Assembly (NCBI GenBank): GCA_001897475.1
Contig: MKSY01000026.1
Coordinates: forward strand, 25,324-89,323
From: Alphaproteobacteria bacterium 43-37
Lineage (GTDB): Bacteria > Pseudomonadota > Alphaproteobacteria > 43-37
Length of the DNA: 64,000 nt
Direction: 5' to 3'
Positions 10,033 through 18,989 of the stretch are shown here, in pieces; position 1 is the stretch's first letter, and each line of letters begins with the position of its first letter. The notes under the pieces were generated by a model. That model searched no databases and was not told where the DNA came from. It saw only the letters and a program-made list of their open reading frames with translations. The translations under genes were made by a program, and so were the position numbers.

Positions 10033-10380
10033 ATGTGCGATCCAGTTACCGCAATGGTAGCCATGGCCGGCACCAGCATGCTCGGTACAATGTATATGGC
10101 CTCTAAAGACCGTGATATGCCAACGTTCAACCCCCCTTCTGCTAGTCTGCCTGCACCGCCACCAGCGCCTGAGCCTCCCAAGATACAGGATGCCTTCTCT
10201 GGGAATAGCCACCTCAATGACATCAAGCCAGGGCAGTTGTCCCTTGGCATCAAATCCCCACTAGAAACCAAGCTTGACCTTCGAGCCAAACAAAAGTCCG
10301 CTTTACGCAAAAAGCAAAAGGTGGAAGGGCTATTCGCTGGAGGCGGTCTCAACATTCCCATGCCGGACGGTGATGTATGA
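10033..10380 (+). CDS. Small Pro-rich hypothetical protein, translationally coupled to the portal gene (position of T7 gp6.7/7.3)
   Basis: Its stop overlaps the portal start. It has low complexity (PPSASLPAPPPAPEPP). Support is position only. Confidence 0.3.
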   Translation: MCDPVTAMVAMAGTSMLGTMYMASKDRDMPTFNPPSASLPAPPPAPEPPKIQDAFSGNSHLNDIKPGQLSLGIKSPLETKLDLRAKQKSALRKKQKVEGLFAGGGLNIPMPDGDV

Positions 10381-11894
10381 GCATGGTGATTAAACCCGAT
10401 CTCCTCAGCACGGATTCCCTTAAAAGTCGTTATGAGAAACTGGCAATCAAGCGTCATCCTTTCCTGGAGCGATCCCGTGAGTGCGCTGAGCTCACACAGC
10501 CTTACCTTATGATGCGCCCAGGTCAAACTCAATTTGTGACTCCATGGCAAGGAATCGGCTCTCGAGGAGTTAACAATTTAGCTGCCAAGCTATTGTTGGC
10601 TTTGCTTCCCCCCAACAGCCCCTTCTTTCGCCTGGTGGTGCAAGAGGCAGAATTGGTTGATGTTGACCCCAAGCTCAAGCTGCATGTCGATGAAGCCTTG
10701 ACCCAATGCGAACGCCTTTTGATGACTGAGATTGAAACAGGCGCTATGCGCGTGGGAGTCTTTGAAGCGTTAAAACACCTCATTGTTACTGGCAATAGCC
10801 TCATCTACCTTGTTCCCGAAGGGGGCATCCGCGTCTTTCACTTGGATCAGTATGTTATTCGCCGTGATCCTGCCGGCCATGCATTAGAAATCATTGTCCA
10901 TGAGAAAGTTGACCGAACTTTTGTGGATTTACCCTTAGATAGTCTTGGAATTGATAAGCCTTCATCCTCAGATCAAACCACTGTTGACCTCTTCACCAGC
11001 ATCACCTGGCAAGATGATAGATGGCATGTTCTTCAAGAGGTTGGCGGTGTCCTAGTGCCTGAATCAAAGGGAACCTACCCTAAAGACTGCTCCCCTTGGC
11101 TTGCCCTTAGGTTTATCCGGGTGGATGGCGAAGACTATGGAAGAGGTTTGGTAGAAGAATATTTGGGTGATTTGAAGAGTCTGGAGACCCTTACCAAAGC
11201 GATTGTGGAAGGAAGCGCAGCGGCAGCCAAAGTTCTGTTTCTGGTTAAGCCAAACTCCACCACGAAAGAAACAGTTCTAGCTGAAGCTCCTAATGGAGCC
11301 ATACGTTCAGGAAACGCTGAAGATGTAACAGTCCTCCAAGTGCAAAAATATGCGGACTTTCGGGTAGCCAGAGAAACTATGGAGCATATGACACAGCGGC
11401 TATCCTATGCTTTCTTGCTCAACTCTTCTATCCAAAGGCAAGGTGAGCGAGTCACAGCTGAAGAAATCCGACATATGGCAGGAGAGCTGGAAGATGCCTT
11501 GGGTGGCGTTTACTCCATCCTCTCCCAAGAGTTCCAACTGCCACTCATTTTACGACTGATGCACCAGATGGAGCGTAGAGGTTTATTCCCCAAACTGCCC
11601 AAGGGGATGGTCAGGCCCATGATTGTCACTGGCCTAGAGGCTTTAGGCAGAGGGCACGACCTTCTCAAGCTCCAGAGCTTTGTGGGCGATTTAGCCAGCC
11701 TTGGCCAAGCTTTGCCAGAAATCCTGATGCGTATTAACCCAGAAGAGCTGATCAAGCGCTTGTGCATTGCCAGAGGCTTGGATGCCCAAGGACTCATATT
11801 ATCGGAAGAAGAGCTGATGCAAAAGCAAGCGATCCAGCAACAAGCTCAGATGCAAGCTCAAGCGCCAATGCTTCCTGGCTTACCCATTACCTAA
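10377..11894 (+). CDS. Portal (head-to-tail connector) protein, T7 gp8-like
   Basis: At 505 aa it is the first large gene of the structural block that contains the scaffold, capsid and tail tubular genes. It has an acidic Gln-rich C-terminus. No direct motif evidence. Confidence 0.7.
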   Translation: MSMVIKPDLLSTDSLKSRYEKLAIKRHPFLERSRECAELTQPYLMMRPGQTQFVTPWQGIGSRGVNNLAAKLLLALLPPNSPFFRLVVQEAELVDVDPKLKLHVDEALTQCERLLMTEIETGAMRVGVFEALKHLIVTGNSLIYLVPEGGIRVFHLDQYVIRRDPAGHALEIIVHEKVDRTFVDLPLDSLGIDKPSSSDQTTVDLFTSITWQDDRWHVLQEVGGVLVPESKGTYPKDCSPWLALRFIRVDGEDYGRGLVEEYLGDLKSLETLTKAIVEGSAAAAKVLFLVKPNSTTKETVLAEAPNGAIRSGNAEDVTVLQVQKYADFRVARETMEHMTQRLSYAFLLNSSIQRQGERVTAEEIRHMAGELEDALGGVYSILSQEFQLPLILRLMHQMERRGLFPKLPKGMVRPMIVTGLEALGRGHDLLKLQSFVGDLASLGQALPEILMRINPEELIKRLCIARGLDAQGLILSEEELMQKQAIQQQAQMQAQAPMLPGLPIT

Positions 11895-11951
11895 CCCAAT
11901 CTACTTTCTATAACTTCACCAACTTCTTAATCAAAAGGAGACACATTCCCT

Positions 11952-12608
11952 ATGACCTCTGAAAACAGTACTATTGAGCCAACTTCTGAGAGTGGGCCTC
12001 AGCCAGAAACTCAGCTTGAACCCTCATCACCTTCGACCCCAACAACCCCAAATTCTCCTAACCAACCCGATAATCTAACCATCGATCCAGCGCCTCAATC
12101 ATCAGAACCACCCATCAGCCAACAGTTCCTTTCCGAACTCACCCAAGAATACCAGCAACAAGGTACTCTTTCCGAAGAACGCTATCAGCAGTTGGAAAAG
12201 CTTGGAATCAGCAAACCCTTTGTGGACACTTACATCAAGGGCGTTCAATCTCAGGCCAATGAGGCGGTGCAAAAAGCATATGCTGCTGTGGGCGGTAAAG
12301 AAACCTTTGAGCAGATGCAGCAATGGGCCACTCATAACTTAAGCAAAGAGCAGATTTTGGCCTTCAATGAGATTGTGACGACCTCACCTAATATGGATGC
12401 GGCCATCTTAGCCATCAAGGGGCTTTATGCCGATTACAGGCAAGCTCAAGAACCATCTTTGCTTCAAGGTAAAGGCAGTGGCCATGACACCAGTGTCTTT
12501 GAATCGCTCGCTCAAGTGACGGAAGCCATCAAAGACCCACGCTATGAGAAAGACCCAGCTTACCGGCGAGCGGTGGAAAGCAAACTCGCTCGATCTAGAG
12601 TGCTCTAA
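11952..12608 (+). CDS. Scaffolding protein (gp9-like)
   Basis: It lies between the portal and capsid genes. It has a Pro/Ser-rich N-terminus followed by a helical, charged region. Confidence 0.5.
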   Translation: MTSENSTIEPTSESGPQPETQLEPSSPSTPTTPNSPNQPDNLTIDPAPQSSEPPISQQFLSELTQEYQQQGTLSEERYQQLEKLGISKPFVDTYIKGVQSQANEAVQKAYAAVGGKETFEQMQQWATHNLSKEQILAFNEIVTTSPNMDAAILAIKGLYADYRQAQEPSLLQGKGSGHDTSVFESLAQVTEAIKDPRYEKDPAYRRAVESKLARSRVL

Positions 12609-12675
12609 CCACTCATCATTTACTCAATCCTCATATTTTCCCATTGAACGTCTTACCTAATAGGAGATTCATTCC

Positions 12676-13629
12676 ATGACGTTTACTCCCTCACGCCCAG
12701 GTATCAACAGTCTCAATCCGCAGACTGGTGATCGCGAACTGTTTTTAAAAGTCTACAGCGGTGAAGTGTTAGCCGCCTTTGAAGAAAGCACGGTGGCCAT
12801 GAGCCGCCATATGGTGCGCACCATCCAAAATGGTAAAAGCGCTGCCTTCCCTGCCCTCTGGAAAGCGGATGCGTATTACCATAAACCAGGTGAAGTCATT
12901 GCGCCTCAAGCCTTTAACCATGGTGAACGAGTGATCACTATTGATGATCTATTGGTCTCAGCATCCTTCTTACCCAGCATTGATGAAGCCATGTCCAGTT
13001 ATGATGTCAGAGCCGCTTATTCCAAAGAAGCAGGCTTTGCTTTAGCCAGACGCTTTGACCAGAACGTCCTCAAGACCGGCATTCTGGGTGCACGCTCTGG
13101 CCCAGCTGTGAGTGGCGGCCCCTATGGCAGTATTCTTGAACGAGACAAGATTGACTCTGACAGCATGGTTCTAGCCGAAAGCATCTTTGAAGCCGCCCAG
13201 TTGCTCGATGAGAAAGATGTTCCGTCACAAGATCGCTTCATCTTCCTAAGCCCCAAGCATTATTACATGCTTGCCAGAAACACCACGGTGCTTAATAAAG
13301 ACTGGGGCGGCAGTGGCGCTTACAGTGATGGTAAAGTCCTCAAGATTGCCGGCATCACCATTGTGGAGACCAACAACCTACCCAACACCAACATTAATGA
13401 TGGCTTGGATAAATACCGTGGCGACTTCTCTAGCACGGTAGCTCTTGTGATGCATAAAACAGGTGTTGGCACCGTCAAGCTCATGGAGATGGCGACCGAG
13501 TCTGAATATGACATCACCCGTCAAGGATTCTGGACGGTGGCCAAGATGGCTGTGGGCTCTGGGGTTCTTCGCCCTGAAGCGTGTGTTGAATTGAGGAAGA
13601 AAGTTGGCAGCCCAGTTCAAGCAAAATAA
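12676..13629 (+). CDS. Major capsid protein, T7 gp10-like
   Basis: LFLKVYSGEVLAAFEESTVAMSRHMVRTIQNGKSAAFP and the C-terminal VGTVKLMEMA...GVLRPEA align with T7 gp10A (LFLKVFGGEVLTAF...SRHMVRS...GKSAQFP; VGTVKLRDLA...GGLRPEA). Confidence 0.9.
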   Translation: MTFTPSRPGINSLNPQTGDRELFLKVYSGEVLAAFEESTVAMSRHMVRTIQNGKSAAFPALWKADAYYHKPGEVIAPQAFNHGERVITIDDLLVSASFLPSIDEAMSSYDVRAAYSKEAGFALARRFDQNVLKTGILGARSGPAVSGGPYGSILERDKIDSDSMVLAESIFEAAQLLDEKDVPSQDRFIFLSPKHYYMLARNTTVLNKDWGGSGAYSDGKVLKIAGITIVETNNLPNTNINDGLDKYRGDFSSTVALVMHKTGVGTVKLMEMATESEYDITRQGFWTVAKMAVGSGVLRPEACVELRKKVGSPVQAK

Positions 13630-13705
13630 CAAATTTTTGATAGATACTTGTTTTTTTATTTGTGTTATTTAAGATGCTTTTTAAGAAAATTTTGAAAGAA
13701 ATAAA

Positions 13706-14164
13706 ATGAGTGAAAGCAGATTAACAAAGAACTTTATTGCTACTGAAATTAACCCTATTGTTGCGACTTATTTTGATCTTAAAGATTATTTGAGTGCCTT
13801 TATAAGTCAGGCTAGAACTGTTACACATATTGAAACTTTATTGCAACCATACCTAATCCCAAGGCAACCTTCATTTGCAAATGATCTTGTGCCTATACTT
13901 AAAAAACTCTCGGCAGAAGACGGCGCTATATTAACACGCTTTATTTCTCATCATGAAACCATAGTAAGAATGTTGAGTGATACAAAACAGCTAAATCTAG
14001 ACCATGCTGAAGTATTGTTTGAAAAAGTAGTAGAGGGTTTGCAATTGCTTGGCGATTTGCTTGAAAAATTTAATGTTGATTTAATACTTGTAACCCCTCG
14101 AGGGCAAAAAATCATGGCTATTCAAAAAATAAGAGATCCAAAATTTTATGAAATAATTATTTAA
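13706..14164 (+). CDS. Hypothetical protein, an AT-rich moron between the capsid and tail genes
   Basis: The 152-aa ORF has a strongly AT-rich upstream region and its composition differs from the flanking structural genes. No recognisable domain. Confidence 0.4.
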   Translation: MSESRLTKNFIATEINPIVATYFDLKDYLSAFISQARTVTHIETLLQPYLIPRQPSFANDLVPILKKLSAEDGAILTRFISHHETIVRMLSDTKQLNLDHAEVLFEKVVEGLQLLGDLLEKFNVDLILVTPRGQKIMAIQKIRDPKFYEIII

Positions 14165-14243
14165 TACGCTTTAAATCTTAATCTTATACCCACGTATTCA
14201 CGTGTATGCAGTTGAATAGGGTATGTGTAAAGAGGGAACCCCT

Positions 14244-14837
14244 ATGCTTTCACCCACCTCAACGTTAGATGCCATCAACATGATGTTGTCTGGCATCGGT
14301 CTAAGACCGGTTACGGCTGATCAGTTGGAGTCTAAAACCCGATCTGAAGTCGCCATAGCCGTCAACCTTCTAGAAAATGTCACCCGTGAGGTACAATCTT
14401 CTGGCTGGGGGTTTAATACTGAAAACGCTTATCCCTTTGTACCTAACGAGGAGGGAGAAATTTTACTCCCTCCGGGCCTTCTTAAAATTGAAGGCACGCC
14501 TCACCACCCAGGGCTGACTATGAGGAGAAAGGCAGGCACTTTTGGCAAACAGTTTTACCTCTATGATCCAAACCGTCACAGCTTCACTTTCAAACAAACC
14601 GTTCACGCGGACGTGGTCTGGCAGTTTGAGTTTGAGGATTTGCCAGAGCCTTTTCGCCGCTATATCTTGATTCGCTCGGGACGGATGTTCCAAGACCGTG
14701 TGGGTGGTTCCCATTCTCAGCATATGTTCCAAGAGCGAGATGAGATGACTGCGCTATCAGCTCTACGCAATGCCGATAACCAAACCACGCAACCCAATAT
14801 ACTTAATCCCAAAACCTTTCCTCTCATCCGCAGATAA
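14244..14837 (+). CDS. Tail tubular protein A (T7 gp11-like)
   Basis: MLSGIGLRPVTADQL...REVQSSGWGFNTEN corresponds to T7 gp11 ILASIGEPPVSTLEGD...RQIQSRGWTFNIEE. The start is taken at the ATG that has an AGAGGGA RBS. Confidence 0.75.
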   Translation: MLSPTSTLDAINMMLSGIGLRPVTADQLESKTRSEVAIAVNLLENVTREVQSSGWGFNTENAYPFVPNEEGEILLPPGLLKIEGTPHHPGLTMRRKAGTFGKQFYLYDPNRHSFTFKQTVHADVVWQFEFEDLPEPFRRYILIRSGRMFQDRVGGSHSQHMFQERDEMTALSALRNADNQTTQPNILNPKTFPLIRR

Positions 14838-14874
14838 TAACCAGTTCTATCTCTTATCTTCACAGGATTTCCGC

Positions 14875-17142
14875 ATGACAGCCTTACACACCCAGCTGAT
14901 TCCGCATCTTTGTGGCGGCATCTCAAAGCAGCCTGCTTATCTTCGTGGCATTACCATGAGCGAAGATGAGCTGAATACCTGGCCTTCATTGTCTGAAGGA
15001 TTGCGCAAAAAGCCGCCTACATCGTTTGTAGCCAAGTTGAATATCCCTGCATCCGAATCCATCCTCTTTTGCCAAAACCTTGAGATCAGCGAGAAGCTCG
15101 CCTTTACCCTTGTCATCACACCTGGGCAGCTCCATATGTTTGATCCATTTGGTAAGAGCCTTGCGGTTGAGGGTGGTTTATCACTATATCTGATTGGGCA
15201 AAATTTTGCCGCCATTACCATCGCGGATGAAACTTTTATTCTGAATAAAAATAAAACGCCTCAAATGCTGGATGCTTTGGATACCAAGCGTCCCTTTGAA
15301 GGCATGGTCTTCATCCGCCAAGCCATTCGAGATACGACCTATTCAGTATCCATCAATGTGGGTAGCAGCGAGCACTTCTTCTCTCATTCCACCAAAGTGC
15401 TTTCCCGAGATCAAGGAATTGATACGGATATGATCTGCAATAGCCTTTACTCTCAAATGCGCTCTTCATTGCCATCTTCTTTTAAGCTTCAACAACAAGG
15501 CTCTAAAATCTTGATTCAAAATGAGCAAACTGACTTTACCTTGAAAGCCATGGATGGGTTTGGGGATCAGGGGATTCAAGGGATCAAGGACACTATCGGC
15601 GATTTCGCAGAATTACCCCACACAGCCTTTGTAGGCTTTACCGTTGAGGTCAGCAGTGATCCACGGCATAAATTAAACAAAACCCTTCCCAAAGATAGTT
15701 ACTATGTGTGGTATCAAGGTAATGGAGTTTGGACGGAAACCGTCAAAGGCGGCCTGAAATATGCCATTGATCCAACCACCATGCCGCATAAATTGAGCTT
15801 TAATGAAGAAGGAAGGTTTAAGTTCGAGGCAGCTACCTGGAAAGACCGGGATGCTGGCGATGATCAAACAGCTCCTGAGCCTTCGTTCATTGGTACACCA
15901 ATTTCGGACATGGTCTTTTACAAAAGCCGGCTTGGGCTCTTGTGCGGGAGCAATATTGTGTTTTCAGAAACTGACGATATTACGAACTTCTGGCCAACCA
16001 CAACAGCGACTGTGATTGATTCTGACCCCATTGACTTAACAGTCTCAGCCAACCAGCCAGTCTTGTTAAACTATGCTGTGCCCACCTTAAATGGCAATCT
16101 ATTGCTGTTTGCTAATCAAGATCAATTTTTACTGACCGTCAAAGACATTTTAAGCCCCCATACGGTAAGCATCAATATTTACAGCCACTATTCAGGCATC
16201 ACCACTAAACCGATGGAAGCTGAGCAGAGTATTGTGTTTGCCACCAAGCATGGCAATTCAACGGAGGTAAGAGAAATCTCACCCACACTAGCAGATTCTT
16301 ATGATAACAGCACGATTGAAACCTTGACAGATCATGTGCCATCTTTTCTGCCAGACAAATTGACGGAAAGTTTCTCGCTCACAAAGGAAAAACTCTTAGG
16401 CTTTTACAGGCCCAAAAACAAAACCATTTACATATACAAATACCACTGGCGCAAGGATATCAAGGTTCAATCCGCTTGGACAAAATGGGAGTTTCCCCAT
16501 GAGATTGAAGCAATAACAGCAACAGCGGATGGGCTCACGCTGATTGCTAAAACAAGCAGAGGTGAACGACTGATGCTCAAGATGGCCCTAAGAGAAGAGG
16601 CACCAATTTACCTGGACTCACTCACAGAGCTTACCAATGGCACCTTTGATCTTCACACGATATACACTTCATGGAGTCTTCCATTTTTACCTGAGAACGG
16701 CCTTAGAGCTTTTGCAGAGGACAGGACGGAGCTGGAGATAACCATTGATCCAGTCAGCAACCAATGTAGGGTTGGTGGAAATTATTCTCAAAGTTCAGTC
16801 ACGGTAGGATACGGCTATGACTTTGCCTATACCTTCTCACCGTTCTTAGTGAAGCGGGAAGCTCAGTCAGGACAAGTGAGCGCAGAATTGGAAGCGATGC
16901 CATTGGTGAAGGACTTGATTATCACCACGCAAAATACGCCTGAATTTGAAGTAAGCATTGAATCTGAGGGCACATTGCCAACCCAAAGCAGCATCATTCC
17001 GACCACGACCAAACCACAGGCCCAGCGTATCTTGATCTTGGATCGAGCGGAGGGGCTTACCGTTAGGCTCATTTGCAAAGCCCCGTACAGCTGTTTGTTC
17101 CAAAACGCCACCTGGAGATATACTCATGGTCAAATCAACTAA
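14875..17142 (+). CDS. Tail tubular protein B (T7 gp12-like)
   Basis: At about 755 aa, with size and position matching T7 gp12. The internal Met start (MTALHTQLIPHL) has an AGGA RBS and avoids a long overlap with gp11. Confidence 0.7.
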   Translation: MTALHTQLIPHLCGGISKQPAYLRGITMSEDELNTWPSLSEGLRKKPPTSFVAKLNIPASESILFCQNLEISEKLAFTLVITPGQLHMFDPFGKSLAVEGGLSLYLIGQNFAAITIADETFILNKNKTPQMLDALDTKRPFEGMVFIRQAIRDTTYSVSINVGSSEHFFSHSTKVLSRDQGIDTDMICNSLYSQMRSSLPSSFKLQQQGSKILIQNEQTDFTLKAMDGFGDQGIQGIKDTIGDFAELPHTAFVGFTVEVSSDPRHKLNKTLPKDSYYVWYQGNGVWTETVKGGLKYAIDPTTMPHKLSFNEEGRFKFEAATWKDRDAGDDQTAPEPSFIGTPISDMVFYKSRLGLLCGSNIVFSETDDITNFWPTTTATVIDSDPIDLTVSANQPVLLNYAVPTLNGNLLLFANQDQFLLTVKDILSPHTVSINIYSHYSGITTKPMEAEQSIVFATKHGNSTEVREISPTLADSYDNSTIETLTDHVPSFLPDKLTESFSLTKEKLLGFYRPKNKTIYIYKYHWRKDIKVQSAWTKWEFPHEIEAITATADGLTLIAKTSRGERLMLKMALREEAPIYLDSLTELTNGTFDLHTIYTSWSLPFLPENGLRAFAEDRTELEITIDPVSNQCRVGGNYSQSSVTVGYGYDFAYTFSPFLVKREAQSGQVSAELEAMPLVKDLIITTQNTPEFEVSIESEGTLPTQSSIIPTTTKPQAQRILILDRAEGLTVRLICKAPYSCLFQNATWRYTHGQIN

Positions 17143-17641
17143 TAAGTCAAAACTGAAGCTTGTGAAAGCAACCAAAAAGCATGCGATAGAATTGGCCCCA
17201 AACCTCAAGCAGGCTGATTTGGAAGAGATTGCGGCTGCTTCAGGAAGAGACTGTCTCGACAGTGCACCAACCGGCCTGCTGATTCAATCCATTGCCATCT
17301 CAAAAATAGCTTATGCAATCATTTTGCAGAATAAAGGCGGTTCAAAGGAAGTGATCGCCTTAGGCGGTGTGGCACCCCATCCAACTGATCCTCAAATCGG
17401 TATTCCATGGGCGTTTACTTCCGATAAGGTGAGGGCTTGTCCAAAGGACTTTATGATGAAGGTAAGACAAGCCCTCAATAAATTTTACACGCATTTTCCA
17501 ACGTTGACTAACTTTGTTTACTATAAGAATATGACGGCGATAAGGTGGCTAGAAAGATTGGGGTTTGGTTTTGCAAGGAAAAAATTAAAATATCGAAATG
17601 ATGAAGCGCGTCTCATACAATTTGTTTTGAGAAAATTTTGA
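17126..17641 (+). CDS. Internal virion protein A-like (gp13 position)
   Basis: Support is position only, after tail tubular protein B. It is a basic N-terminal 171-aa protein. Confidence 0.35.
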   Translation: MVKSTNKSKLKLVKATKKHAIELAPNLKQADLEEIAAASGRDCLDSAPTGLLIQSIAISKIAYAIILQNKGGSKEVIALGGVAPHPTDPQIGIPWAFTSDKVRACPKDFMMKVRQALNKFYTHFPTLTNFVYYKNMTAIRWLERLGFGFARKKLKYRNDEARLIQFVLRKF

Positions 17642-17642
17642 A

Positions 17643-18236
17643 TTAGTAACTTCGGTATATCTTATCTTCAGGTTTATACCCTCTAAGCTTCATATGTTCC
17701 AAAAGGTCCCTACCTTGGTCGCTTAAAATAAATTCATCATCTTCTTGTTTAGTAACTAATTTATAGACATTTTCTAAGGGGATCAGATAGTCGCTTAGGC
17801 CATAGGCTGCATCGCTTAAAATGTTCTGTTTATCGGCTTCTTTAAAAAAATTTGCTAGATCCTTCCTTTTTAATGGTTTTTCCTCCATTTTTGAAAGAAG
17901 GTAAAGCTGAGTGTAACTTAATTGATTATACGTCCACTCACACCAAATGATAAAATCTTTGACTTTCATCTCTCTGTCAATTTTATCCATCGTTTCCATG
18001 TATTTTGACTGATACTCAGCATCAATTTTTTCAATGATTTCCGAAAAATCCTTTTCGGTTTCTGGGTTAATTGCTCCCGGCCCAATTGATACACCGCTCC
18101 TGTCAATCCTGTTGATTTTACTAATTAGCTCTTTAATTTCAGAAGAAAAATGTCTTACAATTACAAAAACAACCAGAGGCCAACTTAAAGTACTTAAGAA
18201 ATCAAGAAATTTGCTTAAAATAACGGTAATATCCAT
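17643..18236 (-). CDS. Hypothetical membrane protein, an opposite-strand AT-rich moron
   Basis: The 197-aa ORF has an N-terminal transmembrane helix (LSTLSWPLVVFVIV). It is the only minus-strand gene in the gp12-gp14 stretch and is AT-rich. Confidence 0.5.
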   Translation of the reverse strand: MDITVILSKFLDFLSTLSWPLVVFVIVRHFSSEIKELISKINRIDRSGVSIGPGAINPETEKDFSEIIEKIDAEYQSKYMETMDKIDREMKVKDFIIWCEWTYNQLSYTQLYLLSKMEEKPLKRKDLANFFKEADKQNILSDAAYGLSDYLIPLENVYKLVTKQEDDEFILSDQGRDLLEHMKLRGYKPEDKIYRSY

Positions 18237-18371
18237 TGTTACCTTTGTGCTAAATAGTAAGAGAAAAAATAAATTGGGTCGGTTATCAACAAATCATTAG
18301 CACCTTAGTCTTTTCAAAACCATAAATTTTTAGCATTCGCTTAAGGCTTAATCAAGTTATATCACGCTCTT

Positions 18372-18989
18372 TTGAAAAAAAATTGTGAATATCTGCTATT
18401 TAGGATTCTCTCAATGCTCCCAATTTCCTCCACCCACCTGTTTGCGATGAATGCTGCTATGTCGGCCAGTCAAAGCCTTTTGGGCTACATGCAAGCGCGG
18501 CAAAATGCTGCTGCTCAGCGTGCGCATAACGCTATGATCGAAGCGATCAATCAGCAGAATGCTTTGAGCGCTTATGATACATATTACAATAACCTCCAGG
18601 CCCTGGAATCACGCCTTTCGGAAGAATACATGACAACCGGCCAAAAATTGGTCTTATCACAAAAACAGGCTCTTGAAGTAGCCGGCCATGCGAGAGCGAG
18701 CGCCGCTGCTTCAGGTTTTGGCGGCGTATCCATTAACAACATGATGCGTCAGATCGCTGGGCAATTCTCAGCATCTGATCGAACAGCTCGTAAGAACATG
18801 GATAACCAGGCTATCCAATCTTACCGCAATGCTTTGGGGATGCACCATGAGACGCTCTCAAAAGCCAATAATGTGATCCCAACCACCCCAGTACAAAAGC
18901 CATCTCCATGGGCCCATATGCTCGGCCTTGGCGGAGATTTGATGCGCACTTACACATCTTTGCAAATAGCTAAAGGAAGCATTCGATGA
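18372..18989 (+). CDS. Internal virion protein B (gp14-like)
   Basis: It is about 200 aa and Ala/Gln-rich, with size, composition and position like T7 gp14. Confidence 0.5.
   Translation: MKKNCEYLLFRILSMLPISSTHLFAMNAAMSASQSLLGYMQARQNAAAQRAHNAMIEAINQQNALSAYDTYYNNLQALESRLSEEYMTTGQKLVLSQKQALEVAGHARASAAASGFGGVSINNMMRQIAGQFSASDRTARKNMDNQAIQSYRNALGMHHETLSKANNVIPTTPVQKPSPWAHMLGLGGDLMRTYTSLQIAKGSIR

Noticed and set aside
10011-10550. A 179-aa minus-strand ORF, with 9877-10212(-), lies antisense to the portal start and the small upstream gene.
   Set aside because: It overlaps well-supported plus-strand, translationally coupled genes and has no RBS or domain signal, so it is probably noise.
12102-12335. 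A minus-strand ORF lies antisense to the scaffold gene, and similar ones at 13320-13632 are antisense to the capsid gene.
   Set aside because: They are fully contained in high-confidence structural genes on the opposite strand.
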